Shown piece after piece: positions 7,364 to 15,302 of a stretch of 46,368 nucleotides of DNA. Position 1 is the stretch's first letter. Every line of letters starts with the position of its first letter. Origin of the DNA: a virus; the UHGV virus genome UHGV-0217156. One strand, 5' to 3'. The notes beneath the pieces are model-generated. The model ran no database searches and was not told the origin of the DNA. It saw only the letters and a list, made by a program, of their open reading frames with translations. Both the position numbers and the translations under genes were made by a program.

Positions 7364-8935
7364 TTAAAGGACAATAGAAAGTTCTGAGCCATCCCAAACA
7401 CATTCCTTCAAGATATCTCTCATAATACGATTCTTTTCTTCGGCAGTAAATCCATTTAGTCCTTTCATGACATTTTGGATATGCTGCGCTTTGCCCTCGG
7501 CTGATTCATTTAATTCATCCCGTTTTTTGATTTCAACATTTATTACAGCTCTTTCACGCTTGAGAAATTGGAGATCAGAATCTAATCTCTCGATTTCAGC
7601 AACGATATATTTTGAGGCAGCTGAACCATCTGCGAGAGCCAGAGAGGATGCGAGCCGTCCGATTCGTAATTCTATGGAGGAAATTTTGTTATTGATTGTT
7701 TTGATATCCGGAAGAGGAAGCTCGCTTTTTTGGACAAAGCGGTAAATCATAGATGGATCGATCTCAATAGAGTGCAGAGTGTTGAGAAGCTTTTGGTCTA
7801 TGATATCAACTTTAATTTGTTTCCGATCACACGCCTCAACGCCATTCTTCATACGACGGAGGCAATAGTACCAGGATGATACCTCACCGTTTATCTTCTT
7901 TTTTCTCGATACGGCCATAATGGATCCGCAAGAACACCTAAGTATACCTTTAAGGAGAGGGATATCGTATTTCTGGGTTTTATCAAATTTATTTTCAGAA
8001 AATTGGTTTTGAACTGCAAGCCATTTGGCAGCGGGCATAAACGGTTTATGTAGGCCGAGGCAGACCAGCCATTTTTCGGGTGGTTGTAGCTGATGCTTTT
8101 TATTTACCCCTGTTGATCTACCATAAATCATAACACCTACACTGCCATCCCACTTTTCGCGAGGGGAATCAGGATCCATTTGACAGCCTTTAGCAGCAAA
8201 ATAGTCATATATCTCAGGTGTGGCTTCAACACAATAAGGCATGGTCAATATTTTGTACAACTGAGTGGTTGAGAAAAACGCCCCGTTTCGGGTTTTAATA
8301 CCCTCTTTTCGGAAATATGTTTCCATAGATTGTAGCGAACAATGATTCTTCAAAAATGAGTCATAGATCCATATGTTATATGCGACACCATCCGGATCTG
8401 GTTCGATCGTAACATGTTTTTTTCCATTGATAACGATATTTTTGCGTATATAACCATAGGGTGGGTTTCCACCGGTCCAAAATCCTTTTTTAGCCAGCCC
8501 TATCATATTGTCACGCACTCGCGTGGCAATGGTTTCCCGCTCCATTTGTGCAAAAACAACTGTGACATACATCATGGCTCTTCCGATCGGTGTAGTTGTG
8601 TCGATATTTTCCTTGATAGATATAAACATCACATGATATTCTTCCAACATGGCATAGATATTAGAAAAATCACGCACATCCCTGGATATTCTATCAAGCT
8701 GATAAACTACCAGAACATTGATTGCACCGGATTTTACATCTTCAAGTAGTCTCTGTAAATCTGGGCGTTTTGTGTTGGCTCCCGTGTAATCTTCGTCTGA
8801 ATATGATGTCACAAGGGTAATATCGTCAGCTTTAAAATGCGCTTTGATATAATCATTACACATCCGATGCTGGTTATCTACAGAATCAGACTTATCAGAA
8901 TAGACAGATTTTCTTCCATAAATTCCAAAAAACAT
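7364..8935 (-). CDS. Large serine recombinase (phage integrase)
   Basis: 523 aa with an N-terminal resolvase domain (YGRKSVYSDKSDS...), a recombinase domain, and a Cys-rich zinc ribbon (CSCGSIMAVSRKKK...WYYC) followed by a coiled coil. Confidence 0.85.
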   Translation of the reverse strand: MFFGIYGRKSVYSDKSDSVDNQHRMCNDYIKAHFKADDITLVTSYSDEDYTGANTKRPDLQRLLEDVKSGAINVLVVYQLDRISRDVRDFSNIYAMLEEYHVMFISIKENIDTTTPIGRAMMYVTVVFAQMERETIATRVRDNMIGLAKKGFWTGGNPPYGYIRKNIVINGKKHVTIEPDPDGVAYNIWIYDSFLKNHCSLQSMETYFRKEGIKTRNGAFFSTTQLYKILTMPYCVEATPEIYDYFAAKGCQMDPDSPREKWDGSVGVMIYGRSTGVNKKHQLQPPEKWLVCLGLHKPFMPAAKWLAVQNQFSENKFDKTQKYDIPLLKGILRCSCGSIMAVSRKKKINGEVSSWYYCLRRMKNGVEACDRKQIKVDIIDQKLLNTLHSIEIDPSMIYRFVQKSELPLPDIKTINNKISSIELRIGRLASSLALADGSAASKYIVAEIERLDSDLQFLKRERAVINVEIKKRDELNESAEGKAQHIQNVMKGLNGFTAEEKNRIMRDILKECVWDGSELSIVL

Positions 8936-9095
8936 TCAATCATCCTCCTTTTTGAGTACAAAAATAACAGCCAGCAGGAACGAATGTTCCGCTTGCATGG
9001 CTGCTCCGGAGATGATACAATGAATTATGAATGTTGATGTAACTCTCCGGGGTTATAGAAAACCGTTCCTGTTGGCGCAGGGGCGGTTTTGCAAT

Positions 9096-9124
9096 TTGAC
9101 AAATAAACTTATTTGACATATAAT
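9096..9124 (+). promoter_or_regulatory. Consensus promoter (TTGACA-17-TATAAT) facing the small toxin-like gene: candidate antisense sRNA promoter
   Basis: TTGACA at 9096-9101 and TATAAT at 9119-9124. No protein ORF lies downstream; the transcript would run antisense toward 9222-9305. Confidence 0.45.
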
Positions 9125-9190
9125 ATACTTAACAAGGAACCGGTACGATAGAACACACCTATCCGTTTCCGGTGTTATAAGAACATAGAA

Positions 9191-9226
9191 AATAGCGCCT
9201 TACTTTACCAGAGCAGGGGCGCTATT
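9191..9226. terminator. Bidirectional terminator shared by the toxin-like mRNA and the convergent antisense transcript
   Basis: Perfect 9-bp inverted repeat AATAGCGCC/GGCGCTATT with U-rich tracts on both strands. The peptide stop codon lies inside the right arm. Confidence 0.45.
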
Positions 9227-9305
9227 TTCTATGTGTCAGATTCAGAATTGCTACAATCAACATGGCAACGCCTAAAATGATTTGAAATTCTTCATATGTA
9301 CTCAT
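9222..9305 (-). CDS. 27-aa hydrophobic peptide (MSTYEEFQIILGVAMLIVAILNLTHRK), type I toxin-like and reminiscent of Hol-Tox 'holin-like toxin' peptides
   Basis: Near-perfect RBS GGAAGGAGGTGG 7 nt before the ATG. Single TM helix with a basic tail. Not in the ORF track because it is shorter than 60 aa. Confidence 0.45.
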   Translation of the reverse strand: MSTYEEFQIILGVAMLIVAILNLTHRK

Positions 9306-9391
9306 AGAAAACCACCTCCTTCCAACAAGGATGGAAACAGATGGCATGGACGCCCTACCGGCTTCTAGGTAAGTATATTATCAAGGTGGCG

Positions 9392-9419
9392 GCCCCTGCG
9401 TGGCGCAGGGGCGGTTTTT
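9392..9419 (+). terminator. Rho-independent terminator
   Basis: Stem GCCCCTGCG/CGCAGGGGC, loop TGG, then GGTTTTT. Confidence 0.5.
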
Positions 9420-9447
9420 GTTGCTTATAAGAATTTTTTGTGAAAGG

Positions 9448-9693
9448 TTACAGTTCAAGTTCTTTCATAGCTTCTTCTGCTGAGATAAATTCGTGGCAGT
9501 CAGGATCATTTTCAATTTCTCTGAGCATAGCCAGATCAAATTCATCAGGTTCGATTTCCTCGATATTGTCCCAGGAATTTTGAGTCTTGGGAGTGATAAT
9601 ATAGCGGTTTTGAATTAACTTCCAAAATATAGCAGCTTCCTGATCACTCATGAGAGAAACCGCACCGATGATACGTTCTTTTATTGCAGTCAT
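9448..9693 (-). CDS. Putative antitoxin partner of the RelE/ParE-like toxin (81 aa, acidic)
   Basis: The internal ATG with RBS AAAGGAGTG lies 4 nt after the toxin stop. Small acidic protein, operonic with the toxin. The longer ORF in the track overlaps the toxin and lacks an RBS. Confidence 0.45.
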   Translation of the reverse strand: MTAIKERIIGAVSLMSDQEAAIFWKLIQNRYIITPKTQNSWDNIEEIEPDEFDLAMLREIENDPDCHEFISAEEAMKELEL

Positions 9694-9697
9694 ATAA

Positions 9698-9967
9698 TCA
9701 CACTCCTTTATAGATTTGTCCACGGTTATCAATTTTTTCAATATAGAGTATATTGCCTTCTTTATCGAAAATTACTCTATAGTCACCAACTCGGAGGCGG
9801 TATCCAGAACGTCCCTGTAAAGATTTTACATCTCCGGCAGGAAGAGCATTGATCGCTGTTATGATACGCTTTCTGGTCGGCAGGTCTTGCTTTTTTAAGA
9901 ATTTGATTGCTTGTTTAGAATATTGTATTTCCAATAGATCACCACCATTCTGTAAAACAATAATCAT
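9698..9967 (-). CDS. RelE/ParE-family type II toxin
   Basis: C-terminal signature YRLRVGDYRVIFDKEGNILYIEKIDNRGQIY, typical of the RelE/ParE/StbE fold. Confidence 0.7.
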   Translation of the reverse strand: MIIVLQNGGDLLEIQYSKQAIKFLKKQDLPTRKRIITAINALPAGDVKSLQGRSGYRLRVGDYRVIFDKEGNILYIEKIDNRGQIYKGV

Positions 9968-9998
9968 TGGTTTGTTTTATTAAAACGCCATAGGCGGT

Positions 9999-10829
9999 TT
10001 AATACATTACTTTCCCAATCACCTTTCCCATACAGACTACGTTATCCCCTTCATGAATGGGGATATTCTTATACTTTTTGTTTCTGGAAATCAGTTCTTT
10101 TTCCCCTAATTCCTTAATAAAGGCATCACCATTTACTATGAATACGCCAACATCTCCGATATGCATTTCTGCGTCCCGTTGCACCAGTGCAATATCCTCA
10201 TGGGAAAAATCCGGTTCCATGCTGTCGCCGTTTACGTCGATGGCAAAGTCGGCTGCCTCATATTCTGGAAGCGCTGGGAGTTCAATATCATCTTCGGCTT
10301 CATTTCCCAATATAAAGATTCCTGTTCCGGCAGATACTCCGGCCCGGAAGTAAGGGAGAGCGATAATTTTGCTTTTTGGTTTGGGATGAAATTCTACTAT
10401 AGTATTAGCTTCCAGAGAGCCAGTATATAGATAACCCTGTTCCTCCTCCATTTTTTGGGCTTTTAAAAGACTATTAGAGTAATCAATAACCTTCTTTTTG
10501 TTAATATCGGAAAGTTGCTCATAGTTTTCTATGAGTTTATTAGGTTCCCCGTGGAATTTTAGAAGGTTCTGCGCAAGTTTTATTACTTTTTCATCGGACG
10601 CTTCTTTACCAGAGCAGGAGTCATCGTGTTTTATCCAGCCCATAAGATATGCAGGGGAAACATTTAATACTTTAGCAGCATCCTCTATTTTATCTGATGG
10701 AATATTGGTAATAATATCATTTTCATATTTATATAGGCTTTGTTTTGATACATTAATTTTACTAGCAAAATCAACTTGACTTATGCCAGCCTGTTCTCGT
10801 AATTGTTTTAATCGCTTTCCGACTGTCAT
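9999..10829 (-). CDS. CI/LexA-like phage repressor (XRE HTH plus S24 peptidase domain)
   Basis: N-terminal HTH (LKQLREQAGISQVDFASKINVSKQSLYKYE). C-terminal S24 autopeptidase motifs (VNGDSMEP ... FIKEL). Confidence 0.8.
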   Translation of the reverse strand: MTVGKRLKQLREQAGISQVDFASKINVSKQSLYKYENDIITNIPSDKIEDAAKVLNVSPAYLMGWIKHDDSCSGKEASDEKVIKLAQNLLKFHGEPNKLIENYEQLSDINKKKVIDYSNSLLKAQKMEEEQGYLYTGSLEANTIVEFHPKPKSKIIALPYFRAGVSAGTGIFILGNEAEDDIELPALPEYEAADFAIDVNGDSMEPDFSHEDIALVQRDAEMHIGDVGVFIVNGDAFIKELGEKELISRNKKYKNIPIHEGDNVVCMGKVIGKVMY

Positions 10830-10895
10830 ACAGAATCCTCCTTTGAAGTAACTTTATAATAGCACAAAAATGTTATAAAAGCAATAAAAAATATC

Positions 10896-10923
10896 TTGAC
10901 AAGTTACAAAAATGTGTTATCAT
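10896..10923 (+). promoter_or_regulatory. Early rightward promoter (TTGACA-16-TG-n-TATCAT), divergent from the repressor
   Basis: TTGACA at 10896-10901 and an extended -10 TGTTATCAT at 10915-10923. Confidence 0.45.
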
Positions 10924-10961
10924 ATAAGTATCTTAAAAAGTTACTAAGGAGGTGGTACGCG

Positions 10962-11162
10962 GTGATAAGAACAGATGAATTGAGGGGGATTATAGCCAAG
11001 AATGGTCTCTCTCAATCAGACGTGGCATTAAAAATTGGAATAACACCAAAAACATTCTATGAAAAAATGAAGATAGGTGTTTTTGGAAGTGATGAAATTC
11101 AGATTATGATAGATGAACTTCATATTAAAGATCCAGTAGCAATTTTTTTTGCCAAGGAGTAA
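10962..11162 (+). CDS. Cro-like small HTH protein
   Basis: GTG start after AAGGAGGTG. HTH (LSQSDVALKIGITPKTFYEK). Positioned divergent to the CI-like repressor. Confidence 0.55.
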   Translation: MIRTDELRGIIAKNGLSQSDVALKIGITPKTFYEKMKIGVFGSDEIQIMIDELHIKDPVAIFFAKE

Positions 11163-11196
11163 CTTTTAAAGATACTAAAAGAGAGGTGGGCGAGAA

Positions 11197-11406
11197 ATGA
11201 AAACTACAGAAGAGATACGTAAAGAAGTAAATGAAGCCATGATAAAAGAATTCAATGCGTTGCATGGAAAAATTATGGCCGATTTAGAAAGCGGAAAAAT
11301 GACAAACGAAGAAGCCTTTAAAATGATTCGTTTGCAGATTGACTTAGCTGCTCAAATTGTAAGAGAACAGAGGGCCTTAAATGGAGAACGTGCATACCTC
11401 ATTTAA
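11197..11406 (+). CDS. Hypothetical protein (69 aa)
   Basis: RBS AGAGAGGTGGG. No recognisable motif. Confidence 0.45.
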   Translation: MKTTEEIRKEVNEAMIKEFNALHGKIMADLESGKMTNEEAFKMIRLQIDLAAQIVREQRALNGERAYLI

Positions 11407-11423
11407 GAGATATGCACAAAAGG

Positions 11424-11606
11424 TCATATAGTTTTTTCACTGATCCAATTATGATAACGCTCAAGTAATTCTAATGCAATGAAAAATGCCTGAGCATCAC
11501 TGCCACAGCGATTATGGGAGTTCATAGTTTGACGTGCAGAAAGCATTATCGTGTTGTAGGTATCAGGATCAATAGAAAAAATGAATTCTTCAAAGTCCTT
11601 TTTCAT
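11424..11606 (-). CDS. Hypothetical protein (60 aa)
   Basis: Internal ATG with RBS AAAGGAGA. The longer track ORF lacks an RBS. Confidence 0.4.
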   Translation of the reverse strand: MKKDFEEFIFSIDPDTYNTIMLSARQTMNSHNRCGSDAQAFFIALELLERYHNWISEKTI

Positions 11607-11716
11607 GACAACAATCTCCTTTCGTATGTACTCGGCTTGGCCAGAGCCTGTAAGTACAGTATAGAGCAGAGGATTGGGAAAAATCAAGAAGTTGAATTAC
11701 CTACAGAGACTGAGGA

Positions 11717-12238
11717 ATGGAGGTGAGAGAGGTGAATGAGGCAGTTTTTATTCACAATCTATATTGTTCTCAATCAGGAGCAGTAAATGAAGTACGAGAA
11801 ATTATTGAAAGACAGTGGGCACTTAGAGAACATCTGAAAAAATTAGAAATAGAGATTGGAAATCTTCAAATCAAAGAAGGCGGAGCTGTTGAAATTACTG
11901 TGGATGAAAGAAAATTTCATCACATAGAGAAGTCGATAAGCCAAGAGTTAACTGGAATCTGGGAAAGCTACGAGAAACTTCGTGAGCTTGGCGCTGTGAA
12001 AATAGTGCAAGAGAATAACATGAAAATGGTGAGAGAGGTGGAAGAAGAAAAACTTAGTTTAGTAAAAGAAATGAGCATACAGAGGTTGGAAGTTGAAAAA
12101 TTCTGTGTCGCAATTAAGCAACTTGTAGATCCGTTGGAATTAGGTAAAAAAACTCGGATCATAGCTGAGTACGATCCGAAACTTCCAACTGTTAAAATCA
12201 ATTTTTATTCAGAACATGAGACTGAGAATGGGAGATGA
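11717..12238 (+). CDS. Hypothetical coiled-coil protein (173 aa)
   Basis: ORF with RBS GGAGGTGAGAG. No motif recognised. Confidence 0.5.
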   Translation: MEVREVNEAVFIHNLYCSQSGAVNEVREIIERQWALREHLKKLEIEIGNLQIKEGGAVEITVDERKFHHIEKSISQELTGIWESYEKLRELGAVKIVQENNMKMVREVEEEKLSLVKEMSIQRLEVEKFCVAIKQLVDPLELGKKTRIIAEYDPKLPTVKINFYSEHETENGR

Positions 12239-12515
12239 TAGCGGAATGTGGATTTCCAGAAAAAAATGGAATGCACTGGAAAAACGAGTGGCCGACCTTG
12301 AAATGGAAGTTCAAGGCCAGCGCGTAAAGGATGAAGTCATATTTGAATTTTGCCGAAGTGTTGCCAGCAAGGAAAAATTATCATTACTTTCCTATCAACA
12401 ATTGTACAGCCCATCCGCCGACAGCAGTCAGAAGGTCCGTATGCTTTTTGAGAAGATTAGAAAATCACCTTCTGCTACACAGAGACTGAGAAAGAGAGGT
12501 GAGAGCGGTGGCTGA
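12216..12515 (+). CDS. Hypothetical protein (99 aa)
   Basis: Overlapping-stop gene arrangement typical of phage early operons. Confidence 0.4.
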   Translation: MRLRMGDDSGMWISRKKWNALEKRVADLEMEVQGQRVKDEVIFEFCRSVASKEKLSLLSYQQLYSPSADSSQKVRMLFEKIRKSPSATQRLRKRGESGG

Positions 12516-12681
12516 AGTGATTGTAGTGCTTGCAGTATGGGTGTTTGCAGCGGTAGCGGTTGCAATTATGAAAAAGATTGATCCAGAAAACAAAGTATAT
12601 GCGATTTGGACTATATTGGTCTGTATTCTGCTCACTTTGTTTGTAGGATGGTATGAATCTTGGTGGATAATTTTTCGATGA
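12508..12681 (+). CDS. Small two-TM membrane protein
   Basis: GTG after GAGGTGAGAGCG. Sequence VAEVIVVLAVWVFAAVAVAIM ... WTILVCILLTLFVGW. Confidence 0.4.
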   Translation: MAEVIVVLAVWVFAAVAVAIMKKIDPENKVYAIWTILVCILLTLFVGWYESWWIIFR

Positions 12682-13043
12682 TAACGGAAGAGGTGCGAAA
12701 TGGAAGCGAAAAAATAGCTGAAATTCATCAGCATTGCTGCCAGCAAAGCATTGAGACGGTTTTAGAGCATTTTGGGATTTCACATAAAGAACTTTCAAAA
12801 ACAGAACCATTCAGTGAAGTTAAAAATAATCCAAACACACGTAAAGCATATGGGATTGATCGTATTTTGAAAAATAGAAGAATCCAGAAAGCCCGTATCA
12901 TAATTGATTATGATGCAGACTTTCCGGAGATTGTGATTAGAGTTTTTTCAAAAGACAGCCAGAAACACCAGTATAGGGTAGAGGAAAAGAAAAGGCAAGA
13001 TAAAACAGAAGAAGGTGAGAGAAACGAAAGCAGAGGATATTAA
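12678..13043 (+). CDS. Hypothetical basic/charged protein
   Basis: ATGA overlap with the preceding stop. The start is uncertain, with alternatives at 12660 and 12693. Confidence 0.35.
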   Translation: MITEEVRNGSEKIAEIHQHCCQQSIETVLEHFGISHKELSKTEPFSEVKNNPNTRKAYGIDRILKNRRIQKARIIIDYDADFPEIVIRVFSKDSQKHQYRVEEKKRQDKTEEGERNESRGY

Positions 13044-13217
13044 GGTAAAGATAACGTTTACACCAGGTTATCAGCAGAGATTCACAGAAGCTTGTCTTCG
13101 GCAGTTAGAACGTCGCCAAAAACATCAGGAATTACAAAATACAGCTCCGTGGAAGACGGATAAAGATTCTATGCCGAAAGTGTCAGCATAGAGAAAAAGA
13201 GAGTATAGGAGGCAATT

Positions 13218-13439
13218 ATGCAGGCAGAAGTAATTAAATATGAGGCCCCAGTGGAGGGCGTTGTAGTCACTCAGGAGGAAGAGAAACAGATCCTGAAGCT
13301 GGGCCGGATCATGAGGGAACAGCTGGATCAGAGCCATAAGGATGTGCGCCTGTTTGGCGGGCTGTCTACTGTGATGGCGTTCCTGCTGGGGGCGGAGACA
13401 GTGCTGCTATTGGTAGCCTGTGGGATTGTAACACTGTGA
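13218..13439 (+). CDS. Hypothetical protein with a C-terminal TM anchor
   Basis: RBS TAGGAGG. Hydrophobic C-terminal tail (LSTVMAFLLGAETVLLLVACGIVTL). Confidence 0.45.
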   Translation: MQAEVIKYEAPVEGVVVTQEEEKQILKLGRIMREQLDQSHKDVRLFGGLSTVMAFLLGAETVLLLVACGIVTL

Positions 13440-13456
13440 GAGGAGGCGAGAAAAGG

Positions 13457-13651
13457 ATGGTTAGAGGAGCAAAGACAATAGCGGAATTTAAGATCCGTAA
13501 ACATCTGGAAAAACTGGAAGAGAGAGGCCTTGTGATGGACAATATATCATTTGAGATGAAGAGCCAGAATGAAGCAGAGCTGACAGATGTGAATGGAGAC
13601 AAACTGAGATTGATCTACGATCAGGAAACACGGACGGTTATAGAAATATGA
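13457..13651 (+). CDS. Hypothetical protein (64 aa)
   Basis: RBS GAGGAGG before the internal ATG. Confidence 0.4.
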   Translation: MVRGAKTIAEFKIRKHLEKLEERGLVMDNISFEMKSQNEAELTDVNGDKLRLIYDQETRTVIEI

Positions 13652-13842
13652 GGGAGAGGAAAAGAATAAAAAGGATCTGCACAGCAGCAACTGTAACAGA
13701 TCCTGACACATTGAGCGTAGACCCTGACCGGTTTACGCTCAGACCTTATGGTCCGCGAAAAATAACCATATATAAAGTATACGGCGGCCATAGGGGAAAG
13801 TCAAGGAAAACAGCGGTGAAAACCGCTTATATCACTTGTTAA
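13648..13842 (+). CDS. Hypothetical basic protein (64 aa)
   Basis: ORF overlapping its neighbours by 4 nt. Confidence 0.35.
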   Translation: MRERKRIKRICTAATVTDPDTLSVDPDRFTLRPYGPRKITIYKVYGGHRGKSRKTAVKTAYITC

Positions 13843-13874
13843 GGTTATTATCTTATCGACAGGAGAGGAACGGA

Positions 13875-14621
13875 ATGCCGTATTACACATGGGAGGCACG
13901 GGCAGGGATCACAATGAGTATCTGTAATTACCATGATAGATCCAGACCGGAGCCGGGAATGGAGAGGCGCAAGAAGACGAAGCCCACACCGGAATCCCAG
14001 AGAAAGAACAATATGCGCAGGGCAGCCCAGAGGTTGACACTGGATCTGAATGAGAACTTCGGTCCAGACTGCTGGTACCTTACATGGAACTACAGCCCGG
14101 ATAAGCGCCCAAAGGATAGGGCGGAGCTGCTGCAGCAGGTAAGCAAAACCCTGAGGAAGCTCCGGAATATATATAAAAGATCAGGAAAGCCCCTGAAATA
14201 TGTCTGGGTTCCGGAAGTGGGGCCAAGAGGAGCCTGTCATATCCATATCGTGGTATCTGGGATTACCCTGAACCTGATCCGGGATGTATGGATCTATGGG
14301 GGAATGTATATAGAACCCCTGAGGAAAGACCGGAACTACCGCCAGCTGGCAGAATACTTCGTGAAATACTCGGAGAAGACAAGACAGACCTACGGGGGAA
14401 AGCAGGCGGGGCGTTATAACCCCAGCAGGAACCTGACCCATGTGAAGATAGAGCGGCGCCGGAGGAGAAAGAAGACCTTTGCCGCAGATGAGATCAAAGT
14501 CCCGGAAGGCTGGTATCTGGACAAGGGCAGCGTACAGGAGTGGATTAACGATCAGGGTTACAAATACCTGTACTACATTCTGGTACAGATCGAAAGGGGG
14601 CCGGAACGATGCAGGACGTGA
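13875..14621 (+). CDS. HUH-superfamily rolling-circle replication initiator (Rep)
   Basis: Motif I WYLTWNY, motif II GACHIHIVVSG (HUH) and motif III YFVKYSEK (Y-x-x-K). RBS AGGAGAGGAA before the internal ATG. Confidence 0.55.
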   Translation: MPYYTWEARAGITMSICNYHDRSRPEPGMERRKKTKPTPESQRKNNMRRAAQRLTLDLNENFGPDCWYLTWNYSPDKRPKDRAELLQQVSKTLRKLRNIYKRSGKPLKYVWVPEVGPRGACHIHIVVSGITLNLIRDVWIYGGMYIEPLRKDRNYRQLAEYFVKYSEKTRQTYGGKQAGRYNPSRNLTHVKIERRRRRKKTFAADEIKVPEGWYLDKGSVQEWINDQGYKYLYYILVQIERGPERCRT

Positions 14622-15049
14622 ATATCTACATAGCGGGTACGATCCATGGCCCTGCCAAAAAGGCAGGAGGATATCTCTATATCCTGGAATGCTTCCGAGG
14701 CGGACAGGCGGTCACTCTGGAAAAATCAGTATGGATGGAGAACGCCACGGAAAACCAGCTGGCGCTTACTGCCCTTGGGGAGGCCCTTGGGCGGATCAAC
14801 TGCCCCTGCAGCCTTAGGATCTACACAGACTGCCAGCACATCATCCATGCCATGAGAAACAGCTGGGCCAGACAGTGGCAGAAAAACGGGTGGAGGAACG
14901 CCAAGGGGAAAGCGATTAAAAATGCGGATCTGTGGCAGGTGGTTTTAGAACAGCTGGATACCCATCTGTATACCTTTACAGACGAGCCCCATACCTACAG
15001 CCAGTGGATGATAGATGAACTCGAACGGGAGGGGGAGAAGCATGGATAA
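14609..15049 (+). CDS. RNase H-like protein (RNase HI fold), probably degenerate at the first catalytic Asp
   Basis: Clear RNase HI similarity (GPAKKAGGY; IYTDCQHIIHAMRNSWARQWQKNGWRNAKGKAIKNADLWQ). The first catalytic Asp motif reads IYIAGT, whereas RNase HI as recalled from memory has IFTDGS. Confidence 0.65.
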   Translation: MQDVNIYIAGTIHGPAKKAGGYLYILECFRGGQAVTLEKSVWMENATENQLALTALGEALGRINCPCSLRIYTDCQHIIHAMRNSWARQWQKNGWRNAKGKAIKNADLWQVVLEQLDTHLYTFTDEPHTYSQWMIDELEREGEKHG

Positions 15050-15302
15050 AAGCTTGCTATGCCGGGTAAATACTCGGGCGGGACTGAATTCATACGCCTG
15101 CCATCTGGATCATATTGCGGGGCGTATGGGAGAGGATGATAGTCTGATCATTCTGCCACACCCACAGGGCTGGCAGATCGAATATTACATCGGACAAAGA
15201 AAGATCATAAAAAAAGCCGGCTGCCCGGAGGAAACCTTAAGATATCTGGGACACCTCCTTCGGGTGCTGAGAAAACTGGAAGGGAAGGAAAATTATGTTT
15301 GA
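15042..15302 (+). CDS. Hypothetical protein (86 aa)
   Basis: RBS GGGAGGGGGAG. Start overlaps the upstream stop. Confidence 0.4.
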   Translation: MDKSLLCRVNTRAGLNSYACHLDHIAGRMGEDDSLIILPHPQGWQIEYYIGQRKIIKKAGCPEETLRYLGHLLRVLRKLEGKENYV

